DNA of 63,528 nucleotides, filler included, from Asterionella formosa (Eukaryota): NCBI GenBank assembly GCA_002256025.1. It is 20 parts of 20 records of this genome, joined end to end, with 100 filler letters (N's around TTAATTAATTAA, not from the genome) between each part and the next. Parts side by side here need not be neighbours in the genome. Positions count along the whole stretch, not along the records: positions 60,978 to 62,201 come from NKIB01003572.1; positions 62,302 to 63,528 come from NKIB01003573.1; 18 more parts are not named here. One strand, 5' to 3'. Shown piece by piece: positions 60,980 to 63,528 of this stretch (position 1 is its first letter; each line of letters starts with the position of its first letter). The notes under the pieces were generated by a model. It saw only the letters and a program-made list of their open reading frames with translations, ran no database searches and was not told where the DNA came from. The position numbers and the translations under genes were made by a program.

Positions 60980-62176
60980 CTAACGAGTCCCTGGCGAATT
61001 GCCGAACTCGCAATCCATGCTATAAACAACACCACGGTGGGGAAACTGAAAGCCTGCTCACTTGCAACTTTAGATGAGTTAGTACAAGCACGATCACCCA
61101 AAGATGTCCTCAACGGTCCAATCACACTATACCACATGGCATGCCCTCATGCAGATCACGCCGCAGGTTACCAAAAACTAATGGAACACCAAACAAGGCT
61201 CACTTTGGATGAACAAGCAAACGAAGCGGATCACCACCGAACAAAGTCAACCACAAACATTCAATACACAAATTTAGGAGATGACTCCATCGAATCAGTT
61301 GCAAAAACATTGATAAACTTTTTAATCTTACTCCGAACACTTGCCAGAACACCTTCAACAATTCCAAACTCACAGGTGTCTGCATTGACAAACATTTTGT
61401 CAAGCTTGGTTGATACAACTTACCATGTTACCGCCAGTGCCCCCAGACGCACCAGCTTTCAAGCCATACCCAAAGCTGTACCTTACATTCTCCAGGTAGC
61501 TGCAACCACGGTTGCAGCTGTTGCAGACATCAGCCACAACCCAGAAATCCGTCACGCTATTCTTCATGGTCAACCCATTTATGACAACCACCCTGCCTTC
61601 GATGATTTTTACAACAGTTGTCGCACAGTGAACAATATCAACGCAGACATACAATGCAGTGCACCAACTTTTAACTCATTGTTATGCAACAGGCTTTTCA
61701 TAGAACAAAGCCCCACACAAAACAAAACAAGCTCTACAGATTCCGACAAGTCTCTCCAGAGTTATGACCAGCAAACAAACAAACGAAGAACCAAAGATCG
61801 ACAAAAGGTATTTGACAAAGATGTCGACAAAAACATTCCCACACAAACAAAGAAACCAAGAGCTGAAAATCCCATCTCAACAGTAACTTACATCAGTTTA
61901 GTCCACCCAGTTCCGGCTGATTGGAAAGTACGGGACCATAATCCTTTGGTAGTCCCAGGATCAAATGATGTAAAAGATATTGTGTGTTTTGCACACATTA
62001 CTGAGCACCAAGTATGCCGTCGACCAAACTGCCGATACCGTCACCCCACCAAACCATCTGAAATCGGCACCATAGCCGAAGCCAAAAAATTCGTCAGTTG
62101 GGTTGACAATGACTCCACCATCACTTGGGTGGGAGACACAAAAAAGAAAATCATGGATTGGATCCAGCAGATGTGA
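60980..62176 (+). CDS. 5'-truncated ORF with C-terminal CCCH finger; possibly gag-like ORF1 of a retroelement
   Basis: 398 open codons, strong A/C skew, CFAHITEHQVCRRPNCRYRH (C-x9-C-x4-C-x3-H). Element class is an inference. Confidence 0.5.
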   Translation, partial: LTSPWRIAELAIHAINNTTVGKLKACSLATLDELVQARSPKDVLNGPITLYHMACPHADHAAGYQKLMEHQTRLTLDEQANEADHHRTKSTTNIQYTNLGDDSIESVAKTLINFLILLRTLARTPSTIPNSQVSALTNILSSLVDTTYHVTASAPRRTSFQAIPKAVPYILQVAATTVAAVADISHNPEIRHAILHGQPIYDNHPAFDDFYNSCRTVNNINADIQCSAPTFNSLLCNRLFIEQSPTQNKTSSTDSDKSLQSYDQQTNKRRTKDRQKVFDKDVDKNIPTQTKKPRAENPISTVTYISLVHPVPADWKVRDHNPLVVPGSNDVKDIVCFAHITEHQVCRRPNCRYRHPTKPSEIGTIAEAKKFVSWVDNDSTITWVGDTKKKIMDWIQQM

Positions 62177-62302
62177 GTAAACTAGAAAAACAGTTACACA
62201 TNNNNNNNNNNNNNNNNNNNNNNNNNNNNNNNNNNNNNNNNNNNNTTAATTAATTAANNNNNNNNNNNNNNNNNNNNNNNNNNNNNNNNNNNNNNNNNNN
62301 NC

Positions 62303-63528
62303 ATGTTGATAGGAATGAACCAACCTTTGCAATGCCATCGATACAGGAGGATTCTATTGGCGATGATGACCTACAAAGATGGGATAGAATATGCTACTGA
62401 CTATGAATTTAGTCTAGAGCAGCTAGCAGACATCAAGCCTGAACACATATACAAATGGATGGCTGTGAAGACTTATGGTAAACCAAACCCAAGCCAAAAC
62501 GACAATCCAACATATGGTAGATCAACCTCATTGGAATATTACAAGAAGGCATTGTCCTAGTACTTCATGCCACTCCGGCTCTCGACTTGGAATGTCATGA
62601 TCAACTGTGGAAATCCAACCAGATCTGTGCTTGTTCTTGACCTAATCAAGGCTGTAAAGAAAAAGGAGGCCCGCAAGCAGGGAAAAGCATCAGCAGCACG
62701 TCGTCCACTTGAAGCCCAAGAATTTACCAACACAATAAATGCACTTCGACGATGCAAAGACAGTATCCGCCGCTACCAGATGGTTTCTCTATGTTCCTTC
62801 CAATTCCACATGGTGGTCGGCCGGATCGACGATTGTGGCCAATTGAAGAAGGAAAACTTGAAACCCAATCTTCGTTTTCCTTTTACCCTGATATGTCAGC
62901 TGTGTTGGTCCAAGAATGTCAAGGATGAGAGGGATGCACCAGATCAATTCCTCATGGGTGCAATGGACCCACAGTATTGTGTACTACTTAACTTGGCAAT
63001 CCACCTCGAGACAGAAGGAATGTCCAATGGCAGCTCATTGGAGAATGACTGGGTTTTTCCTCTTGGAACCGATAATCCTCGGAATGCAAAAAATAAGGCA
63101 TATCGTATCCTGCGAGATGAAGTTTGGTCAGGTAGTGAGTTCAACAAGCTTGGCATCATTGGATTAATTGGAACACACAGCCTTCGTAAATATCCCTCAA
63201 CCCATGCACGAAGGAATGGATGCTCCCGCGATGATATAGATTTCCGCGGTCGCTGGAAACGACACACAAAGCAAGTAGACACTTACATTGATGTTGATCT
63301 TCCATATCCTGATGCCAAGGTGGCAGCAGCCCTGTGTATTGGAGGAGCATGTAAGTATGTGCTCAAAGAGAGTTGCGGTGTGACTGATGATTGGCTTTTG
63401 GAAACTGTTGCTCCAAATATTCTCCTGCAGTTCCCACGTGAAGTAGCATTGACGCTAGCACGGCCACTACTATGGGCCGTTTTTGAGCCACACCTACAGG
63501 GCTACCTACCAGATACACTGACAGAGCG
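62303..63528 (+). mobile_element. stramenopile Crypton (CryptonS-like) tyrosine-recombinase transposon ORF with one in-frame stop; mostly missed by the ORF track
   Basis: Reading through TAG 62558-62560: YYKKALS*YFMP, GNPTRS, GRIDD, WSKNVKDERDAPDQ, GTHSLRK, RGRWK, VDTYID, LPYPDAKVAAALC (R...HxxR...W...Y catalytic pattern). Confidence 0.88.

Overview
This is not one locus. It is 20 assembly contigs joined by 19 artificial 100-bp linkers (N44-TTAATTAATTAA-N44): two of about 19.8 kb (1-19789, 23871-43657) and 18 of about 1.2 kb. Most of the DNA is nuclear DNA of a diatom-like stramenopile (short GT-AG introns, A-F-type bipartite plastid presequences, diatom-type copia, stramenopile Crypton). Two small contigs are bacterial (49054-50279 high-GC; 50380-51604 Bacteroidetes-like). 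Host genes: CDF metal transporter, JmjC protein, ABA4/DUF4281, RNase H2 subunit B, MerC-like protein, a ~1390-aa PPR protein, mitochondrial bL27, PP2A B'/B56, a partial vacuolar sorting receptor and a partial CAX exchanger. Mobile DNA: hAT-like, pogo-like, Plavaka-type, copia and Crypton remnants, a MITE and several dispersed repeats. Highlights: (1) an apparently intron-containing gene whose Zn-finger/PD-(D/E)xK core has the spacing of the DpnI/Dam-replacing nuclease family, beside PP2A B' on a eukaryotic contig; (2) a tRNA-Ala-like SINE family with 18-19-bp target-site duplications, plus a 1.17-kb ORF-bearing element with the same 3' tail and TSD length; (3) pervasive TA-CC(A/T)GG-TA / TACCGGTA arrays that look like stacked transposon excision footprints; (4) a two-gene Plavaka-type transposon. 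All family assignments are from motif recognition by eye; no searches were run.
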